The notes under the pieces are model-generated. The model worked only from the letters and a program-made list of their open reading frames with translations. It had not been told where the DNA came from and ran no database searches. A stretch of 64,000 nt of DNA from the IMG/VR virus record IMGVR_UViG_3300025087_000034; one strand, given 5' to 3'. The stretch comes from a virus. Lineage: Duplodnaviria; Caudoviricetes. The first letter of the stretch is position 1; every line of letters begins with the position of its first letter. Shown here piece after piece: positions 10,379-19,765 of this stretch. The translations under genes and the position numbers were made by a program.

Positions 10379-11950
10379 ATGACGGCAACGAGTAGATGGG
10401 TGAGGTTTCCGATTGCGGGAGCTACCTATGTATCATCGGCCAACATAGGACAAAGGGGTCTAGTAGTGGGTACGGGATCTACTTCCGATACCTTTACTAT
10501 TGGGGCATCTAATAACCAAATAAGGGTTAATTTGGATGGCATTGGTGCTCAAGAGATTACTCTTACCTCTGGTACTGATTTAGATCCTAGGTTTGTTGCA
10601 AAAGATATACAGAGGAAGCTTCAGGTATTAAGTTCTCTAGGTAATGCATATAAATATGCAGACGCTGAATTTTCTAACCTACTTTCTGGGGACGGCGAGA
10701 GTCATTATGTAATTAGGTCTGGTACGAGCGGGGCTAGTAGCTCTGTAGCTATTACCGATGGTACAAATAATGCCAGGTCAACCCTTGGTTTGAATACTAC
10801 TACCACAAAAGCCGGTGATGTCTATCATACAGACTACAATAGGGCCGCGACCAATAGCAATACCTATGCTGGTACGGCTACTTCTAGTGGTACATATGGT
10901 GGGTTGCTTGACGAAGAATACCATGTAGCTTGTACTAATGCAGCTTTAATGGCAATAACTCCCGGGGGCGGAAATGTTTATGCTGGCACTGCCTATGTAA
11001 CAGGTGACTGGAACCATAGTCTGGGTTCTACTTATACCGTTACGATTGATGCTTCTGGTGGAAAAGAGGTTATGAATGCTGGAACGGGAAGTGTTCCTAC
11101 GTTTACGGCTACGGATGCTGGTGCTGCCGGCGATAATGTTGCAGTGGCTCAGGAACTTCTTTTCTCAGACGAGTGGTATTATTTAGGGACTTATGGTGCT
11201 AGGATTAAGTTTACGGACGCCCAATTTGGAAATGGTGATACTTTCACTATAACTTGTACTCCTGCGGCTGGGGGTAATGGTGCTGTAGGGGCTGCTACGG
11301 TGAGGTTCTATTCTGACCGTGGTGATAATTCTAGTGGGAACTTAACAACTAGTACTGATTATGTAAGTATAGGTACTAAGGGTATTACCATGAAATGGAC
11401 TTCAAGTGCACTAGCTGTTCAGGACGAATGGAGAATTATGTGTCGTGCTCCACATCCCGAAGCTTATGGTGTTACTAGTATGTCCTATGGAAATGTTACG
11501 GTTACAACCAACTCTCCTGTGAAAGTACACCAGTTTGAAATTATTTCTGGTGCTCGTATTCTTTCTAATGTTAAGTTTTCTCTATATAGCCATGGAACAT
11601 TTAGTCATCATGATGCTGGGAACGCGGATACGCTTTTTCATTATGGTACCGTTGGCCCTGCTAATAGGGGTGATGGTTCTGGCCCTGTGGCTGATGCAGG
11701 TGTAGAGTGGGCTGCCAATATTTTAGCTACAGATATCTCTGTGGATAAGACGGGTGGTTCCACTGGTTCTCCAACTAACCTGTGGGCATCTAAAGAAGAC
11801 CTTGCTGTTGTTTCTGACGCAGATTCAGCAGAAACTATTGGAAATATTGGTCTTGCTTCCGATGCTATATTTACTGGAATAAAATTAGGAAGCGCAGAAA
11901 CGGGTAGTAATTCTGCCATATGTATGAGGGCCTACTTCGATTACTCATAG
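10379..11950 (+). CDS. Gly/Thr/Ala-rich putative structural protein, probably abundant
   Basis: 523 aa with a strong Shine-Dalgarno (AAGAGGAGG) upstream. The N-terminal module resembles insertion domains of tail-sheath/fibre proteins and is echoed in 19765..24795. Confidence 0.5.
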   Translation: MTATSRWVRFPIAGATYVSSANIGQRGLVVGTGSTSDTFTIGASNNQIRVNLDGIGAQEITLTSGTDLDPRFVAKDIQRKLQVLSSLGNAYKYADAEFSNLLSGDGESHYVIRSGTSGASSSVAITDGTNNARSTLGLNTTTTKAGDVYHTDYNRAATNSNTYAGTATSSGTYGGLLDEEYHVACTNAALMAITPGGGNVYAGTAYVTGDWNHSLGSTYTVTIDASGGKEVMNAGTGSVPTFTATDAGAAGDNVAVAQELLFSDEWYYLGTYGARIKFTDAQFGNGDTFTITCTPAAGGNGAVGAATVRFYSDRGDNSSGNLTTSTDYVSIGTKGITMKWTSSALAVQDEWRIMCRAPHPEAYGVTSMSYGNVTVTTNSPVKVHQFEIISGARILSNVKFSLYSHGTFSHHDAGNADTLFHYGTVGPANRGDGSGPVADAGVEWAANILATDISVDKTGGSTGSPTNLWASKEDLAVVSDADSAETIGNIGLASDAIFTGIKLGSAETGSNSAICMRAYFDYS

Positions 11951-11958
11951 TATATTCT

Positions 11959-11988
11959 TTGACTTTATTAGTAATGGGGCATTAAAAT
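11959..11988 (+). promoter_or_regulatory. Candidate sigma70-type promoter for the endonuclease gene
   Basis: TTGACT-N18-TAAAAT in an AT-rich intergenic gap. Confidence 0.35.
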
Positions 11989-12094
11989 AATTATATTATG
12001 TTTCTTTTTTGATTTACAAATCATATGCTTCTTATTATATATAGGGTAAGAGTCGCTTGGGCTCATGACATTTATAGATAATAGGAGGCACAAG

Positions 12095-13231
12095 ATGTCA
12101 AATCTATGTGAGTGTGGCTGTGGAACAGAGGTACCAGGTGGAAGGTTTGTACATGGGCACAACCGTAGGGGTAAGGCTAGTTTTACTTCTAACGGGCGCT
12201 GGTCTATGAAATATGATTGTTGTAGAGAGTGTGGTACCACAGAGTTAAAACATACTAGAGACGGGTATTGTCGCAATTGTTATAGAAGAAAGGCTCGTTC
12301 TGGAGAGATAGTTATAAAGAGGGACTTAACAGGGGGTAAGTGGTCTAAAAAATATGATTGCTGTACTGAGTGTGGTACTACGGAGGTTAGATACAAGTCT
12401 AAGGGACGTTGTGAGCATTGTGTTGCTAAAAAACAGGTGAGGGATAGGGGGAAACGGAATCGTAATTTTGGAGGGTGGTCTTGGTATTATGATAGGTGTG
12501 TTAAATGTGGTACTAGTGAGATTCCACATGGCTCGAGGGGTTTGTGTATGCAATGTTATTCAGAATTGGGGCGTGAGGATAAAAAGGGGGACTTGGCCCG
12601 TTGTCCAGTTTGTGGGGTTGCCACTGTTAGGTTGGAGCAGCATTTGGCCATGAAGTCAAAGAGAAGTCTCGAACATAGGGGCCTATATAATAAACTTTAT
12701 GATAGTGCTGTTGAGGCTTTTAGTAGTAGTCAAACGTCGAGGGAGGTTGCACTTTCCTTTGGTGTTAGTAAGAGAAGAATATTGGATATATGGCACGAAA
12801 ATTTTACAAAAGAAGAGGTTGTTGCTAGGGGAGAGAAAATACGCATAAGTAAGATTTCGGGAGAAAACCATTATCTTTTTGGTACTCTTATTAGCTTTCC
12901 TTATTCTAGTATTATAAGGTTTGAGGATATTAAGGGGAAAGTTGTTTTTTTGCGGTCTTCTTGGGAAGAAAAATATGCTCGGTATTTAGATTCCCAGAGG
13001 GTTGAGTGGGAGTATGAAACATACAAATTTAAATATTATGACTCTGAGGGTTCCCCTCATTACTATTTTCCTGATTTTTATTTGCCAGGTACAGGGGAGT
13101 TTGTTGAGGTTAAGGGTTATATGACAGATAAAGATCAGTACAAGATGGACGAGTGCAAACGTATACACGGTATTAATATAAGGCTTATGCAAAAAGAAGA
13201 TTTTAGAGTTATAGGCATAGTGGTATATTAG
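12095..13231 (+). CDS. Putative homing-type endonuclease: multiple Cys/His zinc modules plus C-terminal PD-(D/E)XK (TnsA-N-like) nuclease
   Basis: ATG at 12095 follows AGGAGG. Contains CECGCG...RFVHGH, three WSxxYDxCxxCGTxE...GxCxxC repeats, CPVCG..LEQH, an HTH-like segment, and LRSSWEEKYARYLD...EWEYE...YFPDFYLP...FVEVKG. Confidence 0.75.
   Translation: MSNLCECGCGTEVPGGRFVHGHNRRGKASFTSNGRWSMKYDCCRECGTTELKHTRDGYCRNCYRRKARSGEIVIKRDLTGGKWSKKYDCCTECGTTEVRYKSKGRCEHCVAKKQVRDRGKRNRNFGGWSWYYDRCVKCGTSEIPHGSRGLCMQCYSELGREDKKGDLARCPVCGVATVRLEQHLAMKSKRSLEHRGLYNKLYDSAVEAFSSSQTSREVALSFGVSKRRILDIWHENFTKEEVVARGEKIRISKISGENHYLFGTLISFPYSSIIRFEDIKGKVVFLRSSWEEKYARYLDSQRVEWEYETYKFKYYDSEGSPHYYFPDFYLPGTGEFVEVKGYMTDKDQYKMDECKRIHGINIRLMQKEDFRVIGIVVY
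12197..12550 (+). repeat. Three in-frame Cys-rich repeats with 141- and 135-nt spacing
   Basis: TGGTCT at 12200, 12341 and 12476 begins WSMKYDCCRECGTTE, WSKKYDCCTECGTTE and WSWYYDRCVKCGTSE. Confidence 0.85.
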
Positions 13232-13434
13232 TTTATGTTTTTGTATGTGTGATTTAATGCTTAAACCTAAATTATTAACCCAGAGTTGCATTTTAATTTT
13301 CGGTCTTGTTTTTTTCTTTGGGGACTATATAGGACATTACCTCTATTGTAGTATTATTTTAAGGGTTTTTTCTTTCGCCGAAAAATTTTGTGGGCGATAA
13401 AAAATCAAAATTAACTTAGGATAGGAAAAAACAA

Positions 13435-13794
13435 ATGGATGTAGCTATCATTGGACAAGTTATCGCGGCTGTAATTGTAGCTTTGCTGGGATGGAAAGGT
13501 GGGGAAGTCGCAATTTTTCGCTATCGACATCGTAATGATGTAGAGGGCCCTGCGTCTGTTTTAGTGAGCTTGTGTGAAGAGAGGCATCGGGCAGTTGACC
13601 AACACATGTTAGAGCTTGTGAAGGCTACTGAGAATCTCTCCAATGAAATACGGAAGGTAGTTGAACTTCAACAGAATTTTTTATCTTTGGAGGGCCCACT
13701 AAATAGAATAAAAGAGGAGATTTTAGAGGAGGTAGAAGAAGAAGTGGGAAAGGCTATTTCAGTGCATGAGCAAATTCACCACAAAAGTATTTAA
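13435..13794 (+). CDS. Small membrane-anchored coiled-coil protein (holin/XhlA-like candidate)
   Basis: One N-terminal hydrophobic helix (IIGQVIAAVIVALLGW) followed by a heptad-like helical tail. Confidence 0.4.
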   Translation: MDVAIIGQVIAAVIVALLGWKGGEVAIFRYRHRNDVEGPASVLVSLCEERHRAVDQHMLELVKATENLSNEIRKVVELQQNFLSLEGPLNRIKEEILEEVEEEVGKAISVHEQIHHKSI

Positions 13795-13813
13795 TATATT
13801 TCTTTGATTAAAG

Positions 13814-14197
13814 GTGAGAGAATTTAAAATGAGAAACGCTACCCCCATAGGATTTTCTATAGACGATAATATTATGAATTTACCTATCGGTTGGTTTTTA
13901 GTCTATAATGATGGAACAGTTATAACTGAAAACCAAGCTGATTGGAATAAGGTAAGTAAGTTTAATATAAAAACTTTGGGTTTAAAGTGGGGAGAAAAGT
14001 TTTGGACTATAAGTGGAAAGAGTTCTTATGTACAATTTAAAAGGGGGGCGGCTAGTTTTTCTCTCTCCGGAGATTTTTCTTCTGATATAGAATGTCTAGA
14101 ACACTGTATAGGTTATTACGAAGGAAAAAGCAAAATAATTTATAGGGTTAATCACTATACTGGACAGATGAGGTTGGATGTCAAGGATGTAGATTAG
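13814..14197 (+). CDS. Hypothetical protein
   Basis: 127 aa ORF abutting the next ATG. The start may be the ATG at 13829. Confidence 0.6.
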   Translation: MREFKMRNATPIGFSIDDNIMNLPIGWFLVYNDGTVITENQADWNKVSKFNIKTLGLKWGEKFWTISGKSSYVQFKRGAASFSLSGDFSSDIECLEHCIGYYEGKSKIIYRVNHYTGQMRLDVKDVD

Positions 14198-17100
14198 ATG
14201 GCTAACTTGACTAGGGTAGCCAGCAATGTTTGTATTTATTGGTTGACCCATGAAAATAGCCCTTCTGTAGTTTTAGAGGGTAGCCCTGGTCGTTGTCATG
14301 CCTATACCTATTTTTCCCCTGCCAGAATTTCTTGCTATAATAAGGGTAAATGTAATGGGTCGGGCACTTGTAGAAATTGTTCTGCATATGACGTCGGCGG
14401 GCTAAAAATATCTCATAAAGATACCCAACAAGTTTATACGGATCATTTTTTACAAGTTTGGAATGATGAACAAAATAAATATTTACCAGTAAGAAGTCTT
14501 ACGGCAGATGAAGCAAGTGATATTTCTCATTTTATTAATACCCTTACCCACGGGGAACAGGTTTCTTCTTCCAATTATAGTGGTTTACAAGTTCCTATAA
14601 ACTTATCTATATATAATTTAAGGGCGTCTTTTAAGAAGTGTTGTAATTGGACAACTCAACCGGTTGTTTTTGAGAAAAGTAGGGGCGGCATTCTATATGC
14701 GGTTATCTATAGTAGTTCGTTTAAAATAACAGTACCTTATTTAGCTACAAATACTAAGGGGGAGTATACTAATATAGGTAGTATAGCCTCTTTTTGTAAG
14801 TTAAGTGCTGTAACTCTTCCTTGGCTAACTCCTTTTACTGAACAAAATCCATACGCTTATGGTTGTAACGGCTGTAAGCCGGAGTGTCCTTATTATACGG
14901 GGCCTCTATGGACGTATTGTAGAGATGGTAGAATGGAGTTAGGGGATAGGATTTCTGCTTCACAAGTATTAGAGCTTAGATACTATAGTGACGATTGGGC
15001 TTCTATGGAGGCTCCTAAGATTGAGTGGAATAAGAGATTTAAGAGTCCTGATATATGGGCCTGGACAGGTGGTTTTCAGGGCATAGAGGCTGGAGCGGAC
15101 ATAGATTTAGACGCTAAACCTATGGTTAAGAGGGTTCATATAGATAATTTTAGTACAAAAGAGCCCCTTATAGTTATAGACCCACCCGTAGAAACTAGTA
15201 ATGGTTTAGTCGTTAACAATTTTGTTGACGATGAAATAGTTCCCACAGTTTCTTATCCTACCCTTATACAAGAGTTGTCCGATGTAGCTAGGACTATAAA
15301 AATAGCCTGGCCAAAGGCCCCAGCTACAAGCCCCTATGTTTATAGGACATTTAGACAAGGTCAAAATATTATTCGTATATTTGTGGAGACCCCCCACTAT
15401 TCTAATGTAGTTGCTATCAATATAACAAAATACCCCCAAGGAAGCTTTTCAGATAAAGATTTTTTGGACTATATGCAGGGAAATTTTCCTGATGATGTTA
15501 TACCTTACTATTCTACCACAACTGCTAATGATCTTATATATTTTGATGTTCCTTTAGTTTACAAGGGGGGGTCTCAATTTATAGAGGCAGTTCCTGGTTT
15601 AAATGTTATAAAGGTTTTTGTTCCAGACTTAAGGGGGGAGACTGGCAAATACCTAACTGTTAGTGCTTATATAAAACATAAATTTTATCATGCTATGTTA
15701 GCTCAAACCAGAGGGGATGATTTATCTGGCCACCAAGAAATGCATCCATGGGTGGATAGGTTTGAGCATGTTGAGTTAGAGGCTAAGATTATGAAGTTGG
15801 TTAACTATCCTCGTGTGCATAAGGTATTGTGGGATACACATGCAGGAGGAAAGCTAACTACATATCAAATAGAAGAGGTTATAGAAGATGAGCTACAGGT
15901 AGATTGGGACCCTATTTACTGTAATTTGGTTGCAATAAATTTCTTAGACGGTAGGTGTAATTGTGTTACACCCTGGTTGTTGTCTGGTACTTCTACTTAT
16001 GGTGTACCATTAAGGGTCTATGTAGACAGGACGGAAAATGCTAAGGCTACAGAAGGCATTGTGCAATTAGAGGTCTATTATAAGTCATCTAATGGTCAAT
16101 ATCTACAAGGAAATGTAGTTATTGCTGGCCCTGTTAGTGGTACTAGTCTTAGTTCCAGTTTGGACCCTTTGACAGATAAGATATATGCTACGTACTCTGT
16201 TACGGAGTATAAGCAGGGCCCGGTTCTTTCACAAGATGTATCCAAGCTTAAATACCCAGATTTACTAGCTAATTATATAGATGAAATGCCTATAGAGGTT
16301 TCATATAACGAGGAGGGAGATACCTTTTCTGTTTCTGGTACATTTGTGAAGCTTTCTGGTCCAAACTCTTTAGATAAAGTTTATAATTTAGAAGACCATA
16401 AGAATCGTGTATATAGGGAGTTAGTGGGGCAGGAGGGTATTTCTCTTTATAGTTTTAGGAACGGTGGTTTAGAGGATGGGAGTATAAAAGCCTCTAGCCA
16501 AATTTTTGAGTCAGAGGGGGCTTATTTAGAAAACTCTTACGCAGGTAATGTGTTTTCTAGTGACGGTACTCCGTTTTCTTTGTCTAGACTATGCGAAAAA
16601 TTGTCCGAAGTTAGGCTGCACGAAGGCAGCTATACGTTTACGGTTATGTTTAAGGACGAGGATGGAAGATTAATCGGTATTAAGCGCATAAGCTTGCTTG
16701 TGCAGTCTGCTTTTGCAGAGACTAGGGACGTGGAAATAAAATATAAGTGGAGCATGGCTACTAGGGAATGGCCTATAGTAGACTCGATGCTTTTATTGGC
16801 AAAATATAATGAGCCTATAATAGCGTCGTCTCCAGAGGGCAGTATTAATTATAGCCCTATGTGTGGGGACCATTCTGAAACCATGGGCAGTAGGCATTTT
16901 TTTGGTGATCCTGGCCCAATGTGGTACCCATATTCTAGGTGTTTAGACCCAAAGTATGATAACACCAGCTATACTGATGAGGTTAAATGTAAAAATTATG
17001 TAGAGGGGTTTAGTTCGCAAACCTCTGGTAAAAGGTGGTCTTACTGGGAGAGAATGAGGGGCCCTGATAAGTTCTATACTTGGAATGCTGGTGGTATATA

Positions 17101-19765
17101 TATACTTGGGTGTTTTTATAGAAGTATTAGTTATACATATGAAACTGTTGGCGAGCAAGAGTTCGTAGGGTATACAAGGATAAGATCACTACATATGAAC
17201 GGTCCCTATGCTAAGGATAGGGAGGCTTTGCATATAAATAGGCACTATATAAAAAGAAATTTAAAGGTTAGGGATGAGGTAATACAGCGGGCAGACGACC
17301 CTAATACTATTTCTTGGACAGATGAATATTCACAGTTGTTGTTTACTGACGGGGGTGTGGAGAGGGTAGGGGAGGACAGGGAAACAGCTATATGGTCGCA
17401 TATAAACGATAATGCATCTGAGGTTAGTACTACCACAGAAGATATTCAGCATCCGTTTACGCATTATTTGTTAAAAACAGTTGGTAACTATAGTTATGAT
17501 GAGGTATTTAATACGGGACTTAGGGTAAGTTTAGATGGGCTTTTTTCTGATAGGGACCTTACCTCAACTCAGCAAAGAAACCCTGTTACTGGTACTCTTA
17601 TTTATAAGCCGGGCGAGCCTATGTACACTGCTGGTTTAGAGCAGTATGACGATATTTTACCTGTATTTTCTGAGCCAAGCACTGCTTGGTCTTGGATGGA
17701 GGTGTCTAAAGACCCGGTTAGGGGCTCTCCAAGAGTGACTGGTATACGTATTTATGCTCCTAGTAGTACTGAGTGGAAACAGGATAAGACTTCTGCTACA
17801 CATTCTGACGAGGGCATACATACTTTGTATTATAGCCCCCCGGCGTTTAATGATTCTGGTGTTTTGGTTTCTTTACCTTATGTTTCTTGGGATGATGGGC
17901 CAGAAAGGCCTTTAAATTGGTACGCAGGTAGGTGGCGGGACTCTGGTACTGTGTACGAATATTCTTCGCATACAAATGTTGAAAATTTTAAGTTGTTTGG
18001 CGTTGGGTCTACCTCTACTGGTAGTAGCTTTTTAATTGATTCATCAGGCATACATCAGTGCGTGCTTGGTAACGATAACGCTGGTGTTGTGTATGGGTAT
18101 ACTTATAGGGGCGTGGGTGTAAATAGTTTGGTTTCTATATTTCAGCTTCCTAGTGTAGTAACGGATTTTATAGAGGAGGACTTGTCATCTGGGAAGAAGG
18201 TTGAATTGTTGAATTCTAAGTTTAGTAATTACACAACTAATACTATAACGATACCTTTAAAGGGTTATTTTTATGTAGATAGCGTGGATATAACCTATAA
18301 TTTTGGTCCTTATACAGACGAGCTTGGGCAGCCCATACGGTATGATATTCCTGGCATTAGTGTTATGGCTGCTATTTTGGTAACAGAAAATGGGGAGACT
18401 TCTTCTAATAGGTATGTAGAGGTCGCTAATAGGGGATACCAGAGAATAACTACCGGCGAGGTTTCTGAGGGTGAAGACGATGAAGGCACGGTTTTTACTT
18501 ATCAGGGTCTTAGTAGTAAAAAGATAGTATACCAGGTAGGTATGTTTTGCGACCATGTAGTTGTGAGTTATTCTTCTTTGGAGACTGTGGCAAGGGCTAG
18601 TATTTCTTCTTTTCGTATATGGTATAGAAAGCCTATTGAAGTTTCAGAGTCTGTATATAGCTATGAACGAAAGTTTAATTATAGTTCTGGTAACTATGGT
18701 ACACATGACTATAGAAATATGCTTTATTACTATAATCGTACTTATAGAGACTATGGTGATGATTTAGCTTATACTGTTTCTAGTAATACCTCAAGGCCGT
18801 CTGTAAAACTTACAAATAGAAATATAAAAGACGTTATATTAGAGTATGAGTTTGTTGACCCTACGTATACAAGATTTGCGTATAAGAGTGAAATAAGGCC
18901 TGAAAATAACCCGCTGGCAGCTGTAGACGTTGATGGTCTTCGTACTATTCCAGGGTCCATTAGTGTGTGTACTAAGGGTAGGACCCTTATAGCCGGTATC
19001 CATAAGAACGATTGTCCACAATATAGGGCAGATGGAAGCTTGAATACTCGTAATGTGGCGTTTAATGAAACTTCTACTTGTTCTTCTGAGGTTGGAAATA
19101 AAACATTAAACGAGGGCGTACAAGAATGCCTGTATAATGAAGCTAGAAATTTGGCTGGTAGGGGCGACATTGTAACTGTATACGATTGGTTTTGGCATCC
19201 TGATGAAGTAGAGTTCTGGGAAAATACAGTGGGTATATCTCTCGGTACATTTAATACTCAGTTAACCATGACTAGTAAGGTTGCTGAATTTAACAAGGTG
19301 TGGGAACATGAGTCGTTTGGCTGCGCTAGTGATTTGTCCGTACCATATTACGATGGGTATGTACACCCAATTGGAAAGTGGCAAGCTATGGGGCATATTT
19401 TAGAGGTTACTAGTCCATTGTTTAACGAGTCGTGCTGGGATGTCGTTGTAACAAAAGAGGGTAAGCATTTAGGGGAGAGTACTTATGGTACAAAGGAGTA
19501 TGGGTCATTGGTTGGTAAAGCTAGGTGGCCATATGAGGCGGCTAAGGATAGCGGGTATTATTTAGCGGCCGGGCTAATTATGGATAGGAGAACATACGAG
19601 GGTGGTAGTATAGGAGGGGCCGGTATATGGGGTATTGTAATAGACCACGCTAAAGCAGCGGGTAACTTGCCACAACAGAGGTCTCTGATGGCTGAATTGA
19701 ATGAGGAGGTTTATAGTGGCAGGGAAATGTCTGTTAGGGCAGATGCTCCAAGAACAGGGTTCTAG
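14198..19765 (+). CDS. Very large putative virion protein (1855 aa) with Cys-rich N-terminus
   Basis: Uninterrupted ORF with many Cys clusters (CYNKGKCNGSGTCRNC, CNGCKPECPYY) inside the structural gene block. Confidence 0.55.
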   Translation: MANLTRVASNVCIYWLTHENSPSVVLEGSPGRCHAYTYFSPARISCYNKGKCNGSGTCRNCSAYDVGGLKISHKDTQQVYTDHFLQVWNDEQNKYLPVRSLTADEASDISHFINTLTHGEQVSSSNYSGLQVPINLSIYNLRASFKKCCNWTTQPVVFEKSRGGILYAVIYSSSFKITVPYLATNTKGEYTNIGSIASFCKLSAVTLPWLTPFTEQNPYAYGCNGCKPECPYYTGPLWTYCRDGRMELGDRISASQVLELRYYSDDWASMEAPKIEWNKRFKSPDIWAWTGGFQGIEAGADIDLDAKPMVKRVHIDNFSTKEPLIVIDPPVETSNGLVVNNFVDDEIVPTVSYPTLIQELSDVARTIKIAWPKAPATSPYVYRTFRQGQNIIRIFVETPHYSNVVAINITKYPQGSFSDKDFLDYMQGNFPDDVIPYYSTTTANDLIYFDVPLVYKGGSQFIEAVPGLNVIKVFVPDLRGETGKYLTVSAYIKHKFYHAMLAQTRGDDLSGHQEMHPWVDRFEHVELEAKIMKLVNYPRVHKVLWDTHAGGKLTTYQIEEVIEDELQVDWDPIYCNLVAINFLDGRCNCVTPWLLSGTSTYGVPLRVYVDRTENAKATEGIVQLEVYYKSSNGQYLQGNVVIAGPVSGTSLSSSLDPLTDKIYATYSVTEYKQGPVLSQDVSKLKYPDLLANYIDEMPIEVSYNEEGDTFSVSGTFVKLSGPNSLDKVYNLEDHKNRVYRELVGQEGISLYSFRNGGLEDGSIKASSQIFESEGAYLENSYAGNVFSSDGTPFSLSRLCEKLSEVRLHEGSYTFTVMFKDEDGRLIGIKRISLLVQSAFAETRDVEIKYKWSMATREWPIVDSMLLLAKYNEPIIASSPEGSINYSPMCGDHSETMGSRHFFGDPGPMWYPYSRCLDPKYDNTSYTDEVKCKNYVEGFSSQTSGKRWSYWERMRGPDKFYTWNAGGIYILGCFYRSISYTYETVGEQEFVGYTRIRSLHMNGPYAKDREALHINRHYIKRNLKVRDEVIQRADDPNTISWTDEYSQLLFTDGGVERVGEDRETAIWSHINDNASEVSTTTEDIQHPFTHYLLKTVGNYSYDEVFNTGLRVSLDGLFSDRDLTSTQQRNPVTGTLIYKPGEPMYTAGLEQYDDILPVFSEPSTAWSWMEVSKDPVRGSPRVTGIRIYAPSSTEWKQDKTSATHSDEGIHTLYYSPPAFNDSGVLVSLPYVSWDDGPERPLNWYAGRWRDSGTVYEYSSHTNVENFKLFGVGSTSTGSSFLIDSSGIHQCVLGNDNAGVVYGYTYRGVGVNSLVSIFQLPSVVTDFIEEDLSSGKKVELLNSKFSNYTTNTITIPLKGYFYVDSVDITYNFGPYTDELGQPIRYDIPGISVMAAILVTENGETSSNRYVEVANRGYQRITTGEVSEGEDDEGTVFTYQGLSSKKIVYQVGMFCDHVVVSYSSLETVARASISSFRIWYRKPIEVSESVYSYERKFNYSSGNYGTHDYRNMLYYYNRTYRDYGDDLAYTVSSNTSRPSVKLTNRNIKDVILEYEFVDPTYTRFAYKSEIRPENNPLAAVDVDGLRTIPGSISVCTKGRTLIAGIHKNDCPQYRADGSLNTRNVAFNETSTCSSEVGNKTLNEGVQECLYNEARNLAGRGDIVTVYDWFWHPDEVEFWENTVGISLGTFNTQLTMTSKVAEFNKVWEHESFGCASDLSVPYYDGYVHPIGKWQAMGHILEVTSPLFNESCWDVVVTKEGKHLGESTYGTKEYGSLVGKARWPYEAAKDSGYYLAAGLIMDRRTYEGGSIGGAGIWGIVIDHAKAAGNLPQQRSLMAELNEEVYSGREMSVRADAPRTGF

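Noticed and set aside
11951-13434. tRNA or structured ncRNA in the two larger intergenic gaps
   Set aside because: Both gaps are very AT-rich, with no cloverleaf, T-loop (GTTCRA) or extended stems apart from the motif pair already reported.
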